From an uncultured Actinomycetota bacterium (lineage in GTDB: Bacteria > Actinomycetota > Actinomycetes > JACCUZ01): DNA of 64,000 bases. Location: positions 1,154,826 through 1,218,825 of the forward strand of contig CAWIXB010000001.1 in NCBI GenBank assembly GCA_963839955.1. Reading direction: 5' to 3'. The notes under the pieces are model-generated. The model was not told the DNA's origin. It did not search any database and was given only the letters and a program-made list of their open reading frames with translations. Both the position numbers and the translations under genes were made by a program. This document shows, in pieces, positions 11,005 through 20,447 of this stretch. The stretch's first letter is position 1; each line of letters opens with the position of its first letter.

Positions 11005-11555
11005 CCGGCGCCTCGGAGCAGGGCGGCGTGCGCGGCCTCGCTCGCGCCGATGGCCGCGACCAGCCGGGCCAGCGTCGGCGAGGCCGCCGCTGACTGGATC
11101 ACCCGCTGTGCGGCGCCGTCCCGCTCGGCGCGCACCAACAGGCTGCGCGCCTGCCCCGGCGAGGGCGGCACCGCGGGTGGCGAGGCCGAGGGCCGTGACG
11201 AGGCCGTCGCGGCGGACGACGCGGACGACGTACCGGCGCTCGACGTACCGGCGCTCGACGGAGAGGAGGTGACCGGTGCGGGCGTCGCGCGCGGTCGCCC
11301 CCCGGCGAGCGCGGCGAGGTGGGCGGTGTGCTCGGCCGCCAGCGGGTCGAGCCGGCGCCGCAGAGACGGATGGCGCGTGCTCGTCGCCGCGTAGAGGGCG
11401 ACGAGGCGCTGCACGTCGGCGCTGACCTGCTCGCGCACCGCGTCGTCGGGGTCGGGACGGGGTGGCTCGGGGCTGCCTCGGCCGGTGCATCCGGCGAGCA
11501 GGACCGCTGACGCCCCCGCGAGAACCGCACGCCGGGACGGACCGGCGTAGGGCAT
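11001..11555 (-). CDS. Putative lipoprotein (Rv2843-like) with Ser/Ala/Gly/Thr-rich repeat
   Basis: N-terminal signal with lipobox LLAGC. The low-complexity tract SSAGTSSAGTSSASS is encoded by a 15-bp tandem DNA repeat. Translationally coupled to the downstream gene. Confidence 0.6.
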   Translation of the reverse strand: MPYAGPSRRAVLAGASAVLLAGCTGRGSPEPPRPDPDDAVREQVSADVQRLVALYAATSTRHPSLRRRLDPLAAEHTAHLAALAGGRPRATPAPVTSSPSSAGTSSAGTSSASSAATASSRPSASPPAVPPSPGQARSLLVRAERDGAAQRVIQSAAASPTLARLVAAIGASEAAHAALLRGAG

Positions 11556-11679
11556 CGTGGGTGGTCCTCTCGTCACCGTGCTGGGGCGGCCCGGCCGGGC
11601 ATGATCCTACGGCTGCGCACCCGGTAAGGTCGACGTGCGCCGAATGCGTCACCACAACAGCAGACTGGGAGGGCCGGCC

Positions 11680-12147
11680 GTGAGCAGAGCCTCGAGCCAG
11701 GCCGACCTCCGACGTGTGCTGGAGCCGGTCGTCACCGACCGTGGCCTCGATCTTGAAGACGTGGTCGTCACGCCCGCGGGCCGGCGGCGTCTCCTCCGAG
11801 TGGTCGTCGACGGTGACGGCGGTGTCCCGCTGGACACGGTGGCCGAGATCAGTACGGCCGTGTCGGCGGCCCTCGACGACACCGACGTGATGGGCGGCGC
11901 GCCGTACGTGCTGGAGGTCAGCACGCCCGGCGTCGACCGGCCGCTCTCCGACCCCCGCCACTGGCGGCGCGCGGTGGATCGCCTCGTCGAGGCGTCGATC
12001 GACGACGGCGCGACGGTCACCGGACGAGTCGTGGAGGTCGGGGACGACGGGGTGTCTCTGGACGTTGCAGGGACGAGACGGTCCTTCGGCTGGCGCGAGC
12101 TCGGCGTGGGACGTGTGCAGGTCGAGTTCAAGAACAGGCGGGAGTGA
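11680..12147 (+). CDS. rimP: Ribosome maturation factor RimP
   Basis: Conserved RimP core (LEVSTPGVDRPL) located immediately before nusA. GTG 11680 preceded by GGGAGGG. Confidence 0.85.
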   Translation: MSRASSQADLRRVLEPVVTDRGLDLEDVVVTPAGRRRLLRVVVDGDGGVPLDTVAEISTAVSAALDDTDVMGGAPYVLEVSTPGVDRPLSDPRHWRRAVDRLVEASIDDGATVTGRVVEVGDDGVSLDVAGTRRSFGWRELGVGRVQVEFKNRRE

Positions 12148-12150
12148 GAC

Positions 12151-13188
12151 GTGGACATCGACATGGCGGCCCTGCGCTCCCTCGAGCGCGAGAAGGAAGT
12201 CTCCTTCCCGCTCCTGGTCGAGGCCATCGAGGCCGCGCTACTCATCGCCTACCAGCGCACGGAGGGGCACCAGCCGACCGCGCGGGTCGAGCTCAACCGC
12301 AAGAGCGGACACGTGACCGTGTGGGCCGCGGAGACCGATGACGAGGGTGTCGTCCTGCGCGAGTACGACGACACGCCGACCGGTTTCGGTCGCATCGCCA
12401 CGGCCACCGCGAAGCAGGTCATCCTGCAGCGGTTGCGCGACGCCGAGGACGAGCAGATGTTCGGCGAGTTCTCCGGCAAGGAGGGCGACATCGTCTCCGG
12501 CGTCATCCAGCAGGGCAAGGACCCGCGCAACGTCTTCGTCGACCTGGGGCGCATCGAGGCGGTGCTGCCCCCGCCGGAGCAGGTGCCCGGCGAGAAGTAC
12601 GAGCACGGCAGCCGGCTGCGGTGCTACGTCGTGCAGGTGCGCAAGGGCATGCGCGGGCCGTCGATCATCCTGTCCCGCACCCACCCCAACCTCGTGCGCA
12701 AGCTGTTCGCCCTCGAGGTGCCCGAGATCGCCGACCGCACCGTCGAGATCGCGGCCGTCGCCCGCGAGGCCGGTCACCGCACCAAGATCGCGGTGAAGTC
12801 CAACCGGCCGGGCGTCAACGCCAAGGGCGCGTGCATCGGCCCGATGGGCGCCCGGGCGCGGGCCGTGATGGCCGAGCTGCACGGCGAGAAGATCGACATC
12901 GTCGACTGGTCGGACGACCCGGCGACGTTCCTCGCCCAGGCACTCCAGCCGGCGAGGGTCTCCCACGTCGAGATCGTCGACGAGGCGGCCAGGTCGGCAC
13001 GCATCACCGTGCCCGACTACCAGCTCTCGCTGGCCATCGGCCGCGAAGGACAGAACGCCCGCCTCGCCGCCCGGCTGACCGGCTGGCGCATCGACATCCG
13101 CCCCGACGTCGACCCGTCGGCAGCCGACGCCGACGCGGCCGCCGTCCGGGCCGCGCCGACCGACTCACCCTCGGGCACCCCGGCGTAG
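12151..13188 (+). CDS. nusA: Transcription termination/antitermination factor NusA
   Basis: N-terminal NusA domain, S1 domain and two KH domains ([21 protein letters not shown]). The rimP-nusA-ylxR-infB order is conserved. Confidence 0.93.
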   Translation: MDIDMAALRSLEREKEVSFPLLVEAIEAALLIAYQRTEGHQPTARVELNRKSGHVTVWAAETDDEGVVLREYDDTPTGFGRIATATAKQVILQRLRDAEDEQMFGEFSGKEGDIVSGVIQQGKDPRNVFVDLGRIEAVLPPPEQVPGEKYEHGSRLRCYVVQVRKGMRGPSIILSRTHPNLVRKLFALEVPEIADRTVEIAAVAREAGHRTKIAVKSNRPGVNAKGACIGPMGARARAVMAELHGEKIDIVDWSDDPATFLAQALQPARVSHVEIVDEAARSARITVPDYQLSLAIGREGQNARLAARLTGWRIDIRPDVDPSAADADAAAVRAAPTDSPSGTPA

Positions 13189-13190
13189 CC

Positions 13191-13442
13191 GTGCCCCTGC
13201 GCACCTGCGTGGGCTGCCGATCCGTCGCGCCCGCCGAGGCGCTGCTGCGGGTGGTCGCCCATGACGGTGCGGTCGTGCCTGACCCGCGCCGGCTCCTGCC
13301 CGGCCGCGGGGCGCACGTACACCCTGACCAGGCGTGCCTCGACCTCGCCGAGCGCCGTCGCGCGTTCGCCAGGGCGCTGCGCATCTCGTCGCCCGACCTC
13401 TCGGCGGTGCGGGCCGCGCTGGAGGAGGTCGACCCGCCGTAA
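13191..13442 (+). CDS. ylxR: YlxR/DUF448 family RNA-binding protein
   Basis: The PLRTCVGCR... motif is diagnostic of YlxR. Located between nusA and infB. Confidence 0.8.
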   Translation: MPLRTCVGCRSVAPAEALLRVVAHDGAVVPDPRRLLPGRGAHVHPDQACLDLAERRRAFARALRISSPDLSAVRAALEEVDPP

Positions 13443-13705
13443 ACGGTCACCGAGAGCCGCCGGGAAGCGCGATCAGGCGCAGAGGCGTTAGACTCCGTGG
13501 CGACCGCTGCACCTTTCGCGCTCACGCGCGCCTGTGGTGTGCGGTCAGGCACCCGGCCGAGCCGGTGTGCGAGAACACCAGTCGAGTCCGAGAAAGCGGG
13601 TCGAAGTGCGATGAGTGCCCGATGAGACCGCACCGATGAGTGCCCCCGTGCATTAACGACGGCTCGAGCCGGTAAGACCCCGGCCCGGGCCGAGACAGGA
13701 GAGTC

Positions 13706-16513
13706 GTGGCAAAGGTCCGGGTCTACGAGCTCGCAAAGGAGCTCGGGGTAGAGAGCAAGGTCGTCATGACCAAGCTCAATGAACTGGGCGAGTTCGTCAG
13801 GTCGGCATCGTCGACCGTCGAGCCGCCCGTCGTACGCAAGCTGAGGGAGGCCCTCCCCGCCGCCGGTGACGGTGCCGCGGCCAAGGCCCCCGCCAAGAAG
13901 TCCGCCGCCAAGAAGGCGGCAGCCAAGCCCGCCGCCGCCGCGCCCGCCCCGGCGCCCGCGCCGGCGCCCCCGCCCGTCGCCGAGCCGATTGCCGACGCGC
14001 CCGCGGCGACGCAGCCCCCGGCTCCCACCCCGGCCCCCGCGGCACCGGCCGCGCCGGCCGAGCCCGCCGCACCGGCCACGCCGGCCGAGCCGGCTCGCCC
14101 CGCGGCACAGGCCCCCTCACCCGAGGCCCCCGAGCGCCCCGCGGCCGCGCCCGGTCCCCGACCCGGCGCGCGCCCCGGCGGCCCGCGGCCGGGCAACAAC
14201 CCGTTCAGCTCGGGCAGCAGCTCGGGCATGGGCCGTCCGACCGCACCGCGGCCGGGCAACAACCCGTACTCCACCGGCGGCACCTCCGGCATGCCACGAC
14301 CGGGCGGCTCCCGCCCGGGCGGTCCCAGCGCCGGCGGCCCGCCGCGTCCCGGCGGCGCCCGGCCGAATCCCGGCATGATGCCCCAGCGCCCGGCGCCCGG
14401 CGTCGGTGACGGCGGGTCCGGCCCCGGTGGCCGCGGCGCTCCGGCCGGTCGCGGCGGTGGCCGACCCGGTCCCGGCGGACGTGGTGGCGGTCCCGGTGGG
14501 GGTGGCGGCGGCGGGTTCGCCGGCGCTCCCGGCGGCGGTCGTCCCGGCGGCGGCGGTTTCGGCGGTCGCGGCGGCGGTCCGCGTCGCGGTGGTACGGCGG
14601 GCGCCTTCGGGCGTCCCGGCGGCCCGCCCCGTCGTGGGCGGAAGTCGAAGAAGCAGCGGCGCCAGGAGTTCGACAACATGGCGGCGCCGTCGATCGGCGG
14701 CGTGCAGGTTCCGCGCGGGGACGGTTCCACGGTCGTCCGGCTCGCGCGCGGCTCCTCGCTGACCGACTTCGCGGACAAGATCGACGCCAACGCGGCCTCG
14801 CTGGTCACGGTGCTGTTCCACCTCGGTGAGATGGCCACCGCCACCCAGTCGCTCGACGAGGAGACGTTCGGCCTGCTCGGTGCCGAGCTCGGCTACGACG
14901 TGCAGATCGTCAGCCCCGAGGACGAGGACCGCGAGATCCTGGAGTCGTTCGACATCGACTTCGACCTCGACGACGCCGGCGACGACGCCCTCGTCGCCCG
15001 TCCGCCGGTTGTGACGGTCATGGGTCACGTCGACCACGGAAAGACCCGCCTGCTCGATGCCATCCGCAAGACCGACGTGATCTCCGGCGAGGCCGGTGGC
15101 ATCACGCAGGCCATCGGCGCCTATCAGGTCCACACCCTGCACGAGGGTGCGGAGCGCGCGATCACCTTCATCGACACCCCGGGTCACGAGGCGTTCACCG
15201 CCATGCGTGCCCGTGGCGCCAAGGTGACCGACATCGCCGTGCTCGTGGTGGCCGCCGACGACGGCGTCATGCCCCAGACGATCGAGGCGCTCAACCACGC
15301 GCAGGCGGCCGACGTGCCGATCGTGGTGGCCGTCAACAAGATCGACGTCGAGGGTGCGAACCCGGCAAAGATCCGCCAGCAGCTCACCGAGTACAACCTG
15401 GTGGCCGAGGAGTACGGCGGCGAGACCATCTTCGTCGACGTCTCCGCGCGGCAGAGCAAGAACATCGAGGCCCTGCTCGAGTCGATCCTGCTGACGGCTG
15501 ACGCGGCACTCGACCTGCGGGCGATCAAGGACGCCTCCGCGCGTGGTGTGGCCATCGAGGCCCACCTCGACCGTGGTCGCGGTCCGGTCGCCACCGTCCT
15601 GGTTCAGCGCGGCACGCTGAACGTCGGTGACTCGATCGTCGCCGGCGACGCCTACGGCCGCGTTCGCGCACTCCTCGACGAGCACGGCGAGACGGTTGGC
15701 TCGGCCGGGCCGTCCCGGCCGGTGCAGGTGCTCGGCTTCACCTCCGTCCCCGACGCCGGTGACAAGTTCCTCGTCGCAGCAGAGGACCGCATCGCGCGCC
15801 AGATCGCCGAGAAGCGCCAGGCGATGGAGCGCAACGCGGCGCTGGCGAAGGCCCGCAAGCGGGTCTCGCTCGAGGACTGGCTGGAGAAGAGCAAGGTCGA
15901 CACGCTCAACCTGATCCTCAAGGGCGACGGGTCCGGCTCGGTCGAGGCGCTGGAGGACGCCCTGCTCGCCATCGATGTCGGCGAGGAGGTCGACCTGCGC
16001 ATCATCGACCGCGGCGTCGGCGCCATCACGCAGAACGACGTCAACCTGGCGGTCGCCTCCGAGGCGGTCATCATCGGGTTCAACGTCCGTCCGGCCGAGC
16101 GCGTCACCGAGCTGATCGACCGCGAGGGCGTCGACGTGCGCTACTACTCGGTCATCTACCAGGCGATCGACGAGGTCGAGGCCGCGCTCAAGGGCATGCT
16201 CAAGCCCGAGTACGAGGAGGCCCAGCTCGGCACGGCAGAGGTCCGCGAAGTCTTCCGCTCGTCCAAGTTCGGCAACATCGCCGGGTGCCTCGTGCGCACC
16301 GGCGAGATCCGGCGCAACTCCAAGGCCCGCTTGGTCCGCGACGGCGCGGTGGTGGCCGAGAGCCTGGCCATCGAGTCGCTGCGCCGCTTCAAGGACGATG
16401 CGACCGAGGTGCGTGAGGGCTTCGAGTGCGGAATCGGCCTGGGGTCGTTCAACGACATCAAGGTCGACGACGTCATCGAGACCTTCGAGCTCCGCGAGAA
16501 GGCCCGCACCTAG
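13706..16513 (+). CDS. infB: Translation initiation factor IF-2
   Basis: [15 protein letters not shown]-terminus, a long Pro/Ala/Gly-rich linker, the G-domain [17 protein letters not shown]...DTPGHEAF...NKID, and C-terminal domains. Confidence 0.97.
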   Translation: MAKVRVYELAKELGVESKVVMTKLNELGEFVRSASSTVEPPVVRKLREALPAAGDGAAAKAPAKKSAAKKAAAKPAAAAPAPAPAPAPPPVAEPIADAPAATQPPAPTPAPAAPAAPAEPAAPATPAEPARPAAQAPSPEAPERPAAAPGPRPGARPGGPRPGNNPFSSGSSSGMGRPTAPRPGNNPYSTGGTSGMPRPGGSRPGGPSAGGPPRPGGARPNPGMMPQRPAPGVGDGGSGPGGRGAPAGRGGGRPGPGGRGGGPGGGGGGGFAGAPGGGRPGGGGFGGRGGGPRRGGTAGAFGRPGGPPRRGRKSKKQRRQEFDNMAAPSIGGVQVPRGDGSTVVRLARGSSLTDFADKIDANAASLVTVLFHLGEMATATQSLDEETFGLLGAELGYDVQIVSPEDEDREILESFDIDFDLDDAGDDALVARPPVVTVMGHVDHGKTRLLDAIRKTDVISGEAGGITQAIGAYQVHTLHEGAERAITFIDTPGHEAFTAMRARGAKVTDIAVLVVAADDGVMPQTIEALNHAQAADVPIVVAVNKIDVEGANPAKIRQQLTEYNLVAEEYGGETIFVDVSARQSKNIEALLESILLTADAALDLRAIKDASARGVAIEAHLDRGRGPVATVLVQRGTLNVGDSIVAGDAYGRVRALLDEHGETVGSAGPSRPVQVLGFTSVPDAGDKFLVAAEDRIARQIAEKRQAMERNAALAKARKRVSLEDWLEKSKVDTLNLILKGDGSGSVEALEDALLAIDVGEEVDLRIIDRGVGAITQNDVNLAVASEAVIIGFNVRPAERVTELIDREGVDVRYYSVIYQAIDEVEAALKGMLKPEYEEAQLGTAEVREVFRSSKFGNIAGCLVRTGEIRRNSKARLVRDGAVVAESLAIESLRRFKDDATEVREGFECGIGLGSFNDIKVDDVIETFELREKART

Positions 16514-16544
16514 CACCGTCCAGGGGTGGGGGAGGGTGGACCCT

Positions 16545-16841
16545 GTGTACGTGGGTGCGCTGACCCTGGACCTGCTCCTCGGCGACGTCCGGTCGCTGAA
16601 GCAGAAGCGCGCTCTGGTGCGTCCGATCGTCGCCGGACTGCGACGGGAGTACGACGTGAGCGCGGCGGAGGCGGGTCATCTCGACCTCCACCGGCGGGCT
16701 CTCGTGGGAGTGGCGGTGGTGGCCGTCGACCGGGCCCACTGCGTCGAGGTCCTCGACGCGTGCGAACGGCGCGTGGCGGGGCACCCTGAGGTGGAGCTGC
16801 TGTCCGCGCGACAGCAGTTTCTGAGCAGCAACGACGACTGA
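16545..16841 (+). CDS. DUF503 family protein (YlxP-like)
   Basis: A small conserved ORF between infB and rbfA. DUF503 core LLLGDVRSLKQKRALVRPIV. Confidence 0.75.
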   Translation: MYVGALTLDLLLGDVRSLKQKRALVRPIVAGLRREYDVSAAEAGHLDLHRRALVGVAVVAVDRAHCVEVLDACERRVAGHPEVELLSARQQFLSSNDD

Positions 16842-16854
16842 GAGGACGAGAGCC

Positions 16855-17325
16855 GTGGCGAACGAAGCGCGTGCCCGCAAGCTGGCTGACCGCATCAAGG
16901 TCGTCGTCGCCGAGACGCTGGAAGCGCGGGTCAAGGACCCGCGGCTGGGTTTCGTCACCGTGACCGACACTCGCGTGACCGGCGACCTCCAGCACGCCAC
17001 CGTCTACTACACGTTCTACGGCGAGGAGTCCCAGAAGGTCGAGACCGTCGCTGCCCTGGAGAGCGCTAAGGGGGTGCTGCGCGCCGAGGTGGGTCGCCAG
17101 ACCGGGGTCCGGCGTACGCCCTCGCTCGAGTTCGTCGCCGACGAGGTGCCCGAGACCGCGCACCACATCGAGGAGCTGCTGGCCCGGGCGTCGGCCGCCG
17201 ACGCCGAGGTGCACCGCAACGCAGCGCGTGCGAGCTACGCCGGCGAGCCCGATCCCTATCGCGCCCCGCGCGATGAGGACGACACCGCAGTGGACGACAG
17301 CGTGGAGGACGAGGCGTCGCGATGA
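16855..17325 (+). CDS. rbfA: Ribosome-binding factor A
   Basis: RARKLADRIKVVVAETLE...DPRLGFVTVTDTRVTGDLQHATVYYT matches RbfA (KH fold). Confidence 0.92.
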   Translation: MANEARARKLADRIKVVVAETLEARVKDPRLGFVTVTDTRVTGDLQHATVYYTFYGEESQKVETVAALESAKGVLRAEVGRQTGVRRTPSLEFVADEVPETAHHIEELLARASAADAEVHRNAARASYAGEPDPYRAPRDEDDTAVDDSVEDEASR

Positions 17326-18185
17326 ACGACGGCGTGGTCGTCGTCGACAAGCCGGCCGGCTGGACGTCGCACGACGTCGTCGGCCGCACCCGCCGGCTGG
17401 CCGGCACCCGCAAGGTCGGCCACGCCGGCACCCTCGACCCGATGGCGACGGGTGTGCTGCTGCTCGGCGTGGGGCGCGCGACGCGACTGCTCGGTCACCT
17501 CGCGCTGACCGACAAGGCCTACGACGCGACGATCCGGCTCGGGGTGTCCACCGTCACCGACGACGCCGAGGGCGAGGTGGTGGGAACGACCGCGGCCGGC
17601 CAGGTCAGCGACGACCAGGTCGCCGGCGCCGTCGCCGCGCTGACCGGCGAGATCGAGCAGGTCCCGTCGGCGGTCAGTGCCGTCAAGGTCGACGGCCAGC
17701 GGGCCTACAAGCGCGTGCGGGCCGGCGAGCAGGTGCGGCTCGACTCGCGCCGGGTCACGGTGTCGGCGTTCGACGTGCTGGCCACCCGGCGCTCTGAGGG
17801 GACTGTCGACGTCGACGTGTCGGTGGTCTGCTCCAGCGGGACCTACGTGCGTGCCCTGGCCCGCGACGTCGGTGAGGCGCTCGGCGTCGGCGGGCATCTG
17901 ACCGCCCTGCGGCGCACCCGCGTCGGCCCGTACGACCTCGCCGAGGCACACACCCTCGACGACCTGGAGAAGTCGTTCGACGCCGTGCCGCTCGCCGACG
18001 CCGCACGCCGCGCCTTCACCGCCCGCGACGTCGACGCCGACGAGGCACGCGTGGTCGCCCATGGTGGCTGGCTCGAGGCGAACGGCGACGACGCCCCGGT
18101 CGCCGTGTTCGGTCCTGACGGCACGTTCCTCGCGCTGGTGCAGGACCGCGACGGACGTGCCAAGCCGCTGGCCGTCTTCGTCTGA
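17322..18185 (+). CDS. truB: tRNA pseudouridine(55) synthase
   Basis: The GVVVVDKPAGWTSHDVV...KVGHAGTLDPMATGVLLLGVG catalytic Asp motif. Follows rbfA as in most bacteria. Confidence 0.93.
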   Translation: MNDGVVVVDKPAGWTSHDVVGRTRRLAGTRKVGHAGTLDPMATGVLLLGVGRATRLLGHLALTDKAYDATIRLGVSTVTDDAEGEVVGTTAAGQVSDDQVAGAVAALTGEIEQVPSAVSAVKVDGQRAYKRVRAGEQVRLDSRRVTVSAFDVLATRRSEGTVDVDVSVVCSSGTYVRALARDVGEALGVGGHLTALRRTRVGPYDLAEAHTLDDLEKSFDAVPLADAARRAFTARDVDADEARVVAHGGWLEANGDDAPVAVFGPDGTFLALVQDRDGRAKPLAVFV

Positions 18186-18209
18186 GCGCCGACCCGTAGT
18201 GTCGCGTCC

Positions 18210-19448
18210 GTGCACCTGACCGACGCGCGCGCCCGCGCCGCGGAACTCGACGACGCCGATCCACTCGGCCACGTCCGTGACCGCTTCGTGCTGCCGGACG
18301 GGCTGGTCTACCTCGACGGCAACTCGCTCGGTGCGATGGTTGCCGTCGCGCCCGCGGTCGTCGCCGACGTCGTCGAACGCCAGTGGGGCCGCGACCTCAT
18401 CAACTCCTGGAACGAGAACGACTGGTGGGACGCGCCCCGCCGGATCGGTGCCCGTGTCGCCGCGCTGGTCGGCGCCCACGACGACGAGGTGGTCGTCGCC
18501 GACTCGACGTCGGTCAACCTGTTCAAGGTGCTCGTCGCGGCCGCGCGGCTGCGAGCGGACCGCCGGGTGCTGGTCATCGAGCCGGGCAGCTTCCCGGCCG
18601 ACCTCTACGTCGCCGACTCGGTGGCCGAGCTGCTCGGTCTCGCGGTACGCCGTGTCGACCCGCGCGAGGTCGGCTCGGTGCTCGGCGAGGACGTCGCGGT
18701 GGTGAGCTTCTCGCACGTCGACTACCGCACCGGCCGCGTCTTCGACCTGGCCGGGACGACCCGGGCCGTCCACGACGCCGGCGCGCTGATGGTGTGGGAC
18801 CTCTCCCACTCGGCAGGAGCACTCGGTGTCGACCTCACCGGCGCCGACGCCGACTTCGCCGTGGGCTGCGGCTACAAGTACCTGGGCGGCGGGCCCGGCG
18901 CACCGGCGTACGTCATGGCGGCGCGGCGCCACCACGACACGATGCGCAGCCCGCTCACCGGGTGGACCGGCCACGCGCGGCCGTTCGCGATGGAAGGCAG
19001 CTACGCGCCCGCCCCCGGCATCGACCAGATGCGCTGCGGCACCCCGCCGATGGTGTCGCTGCTCACGCTGGAGGCGGCGCTGACGGCGTTCGACGGGCTC
19101 GACCTCGACGCCGTTCGCGCGAAGAGCCTGTCGCTGACCGGGCTGTTCCTGAGCCTCGCCGAGGACGCGCTGGCGCCGTTGGGGTTCACGTCGGTGACGC
19201 CCGCGGCTGATGCCGATCGGGGGAGCCAGGTCTCCCTGCGCCACGAGCGGGCGTACGCCGTGGTGCAGGCGCTCATCGCGCGCGGGGTGGTCGGCGACTT
19301 CCGCCGCCCCGACGTCGTGCGGCTGGGCTTCGCGCCCCTCTACCTGCGCCATGCCGACGTGGTGGCGGCGGTCGAGTCGATCGTCGCTGTCGTGGCGGCG
19401 GGGGAGCACCTCGACGAGCGGTACGCCGTGGAGAAGCCCGTCACCTGA
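18210..19448 (+). CDS. kynU: Kynureninase (PLP-dependent)
   Basis: YLDGNSLG, SWN..DWWD, TSVNLFKVL, WDLSHSAG, GCGYKYLGGGPG and GDFRRPDVVRLGFAPLY all match bacterial kynureninases over the full length. Confidence 0.8.
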   Translation: MHLTDARARAAELDDADPLGHVRDRFVLPDGLVYLDGNSLGAMVAVAPAVVADVVERQWGRDLINSWNENDWWDAPRRIGARVAALVGAHDDEVVVADSTSVNLFKVLVAAARLRADRRVLVIEPGSFPADLYVADSVAELLGLAVRRVDPREVGSVLGEDVAVVSFSHVDYRTGRVFDLAGTTRAVHDAGALMVWDLSHSAGALGVDLTGADADFAVGCGYKYLGGGPGAPAYVMAARRHHDTMRSPLTGWTGHARPFAMEGSYAPAPGIDQMRCGTPPMVSLLTLEAALTAFDGLDLDAVRAKSLSLTGLFLSLAEDALAPLGFTSVTPAADADRGSQVSLRHERAYAVVQALIARGVVGDFRRPDVVRLGFAPLYLRHADVVAAVESIVAVVAAGEHLDERYAVEKPVT

Positions 19449-19505
19449 GGGCACCCCGCACGCCCTACGCTTGGCGCCGGTCATCAGGCGAGGGAGGGAC
19501 CTCCG

Positions 19506-20441
19506 TTGCAGGTCTGGCGTGCGCTCGACGAGGTGGACCTCGGCAGCGGGACGGCAGGGCGCTCTGTGGTGACCGTCGGCACCTTCGACGGCGTCCACCG
19601 CGGCCACCGGCACGTGATCGACGGTGCCGTCCGCCGCGCCCGCGAGACCGGGGCGACCTCCGTCGTCCTGACGTTCCACCCGCACCCGATGTCCGTGGTG
19701 CGGCCCGACAAGGCGCCCATGAACGTGGCGACCCTCGGGCACCGGCTGGCGATGCTCGAAGAGGAGGGCGTCGACGCCACCCTCGTACTGCCCTTCACGC
19801 GTGACCTCTCGCAGCAGTCGCCCGAGGACTTCGTCGCCGAGGTGCTCGTCGCAGCGCTGCACGCGGCCGAGGTGCACGTGGGGGCGAACTTCCGCTTCGG
19901 CCACCGGGCCGCCGGCACGGTCGACACGTTGCGCGAGCTCGCCCCGGCGTACGGCTTCGAGGTGCGCGTCGTCGACCTCGTCGGCGGAGAGCCCAGGTGG
20001 TCGTCGACCGCCGTCCGCGAGCAGCTCGCCGCGGGTGACGTGGCCGGCGCCGCCGAGGTGCTCGGGCGCCCGCACCGGGTGGAGGGGCCGGTGGTCGAGG
20101 GCGACAAGCGCGGCCGCGACCTGGGCTATCCGACGGCCAACCTCGAGGTCGACGAGCATGCCGCGGTGCCCGCCGACGGTGTCTACGCCGGCTGGCTTCG
20201 GCTCGCCACGGGCGAGCGGATGCCGGCGGCCATCTCCATCGGGACGAACCCCACCTTCGGCGGCACCACGCGCCGGGTCGAGGCCTACGTCCTCGACCGC
20301 GACGACCTGGAGCTCTACGGCGAGCACGTGGCCCTCGACTTCGCCGAGCGGCTGCGCGACACGCTCCGTTTCGACGGCGTGGAGCCCCTGCTGGCCCAGA
20401 TGGCCGACGACGTGCGCCGTACCCGCGAGCTGACCGCCTGA
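19506..20441 (+). CDS. ribF: Bifunctional riboflavin kinase / FMN adenylyltransferase
   Basis: VTVGTFDGVHRGHRHVI (FAD-synthetase nucleotidyltransferase motif) and a C-terminal riboflavin kinase domain (GYPTANL...EAYVLD). TTG start with a GGGAGGG RBS. Confidence 0.9.
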   Translation: MQVWRALDEVDLGSGTAGRSVVTVGTFDGVHRGHRHVIDGAVRRARETGATSVVLTFHPHPMSVVRPDKAPMNVATLGHRLAMLEEEGVDATLVLPFTRDLSQQSPEDFVAEVLVAALHAAEVHVGANFRFGHRAAGTVDTLRELAPAYGFEVRVVDLVGGEPRWSSTAVREQLAAGDVAGAAEVLGRPHRVEGPVVEGDKRGRDLGYPTANLEVDEHAAVPADGVYAGWLRLATGERMPAAISIGTNPTFGGTTRRVEAYVLDRDDLELYGEHVALDFAERLRDTLRFDGVEPLLAQMADDVRRTRELTA

Positions 20442-20447
20442 GCAGGC

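Noticed and set aside
13866-14700. Highly repetitive GC-rich DNA (ccggcgcc/ggcggc tracts) resembling a repeat element
   Set aside because: It encodes the Pro/Ala/Gly-rich N-terminal linker of IF-2, which is normally low-complexity in actinobacteria. It is in frame and continuous with the infB G-domain.
14117-16516. 799-aa minus-strand ORF antisense to infB, and similar long antisense ORFs (981-2159, 1568-2887, 6307-7824, 7921-9549, 17256-20327, 24233-26431, 26813-28330, 35739-37412, 39819-41348, 42418-44004, 45110-46765, 54344-56194)
   Set aside because: These are Arg/Pro/Gly/Ala-rich, low-complexity translations typical of stop-codon-poor antisense frames in 72%-GC DNA. Each lies opposite a well-supported conserved gene and has no recognizable domain.
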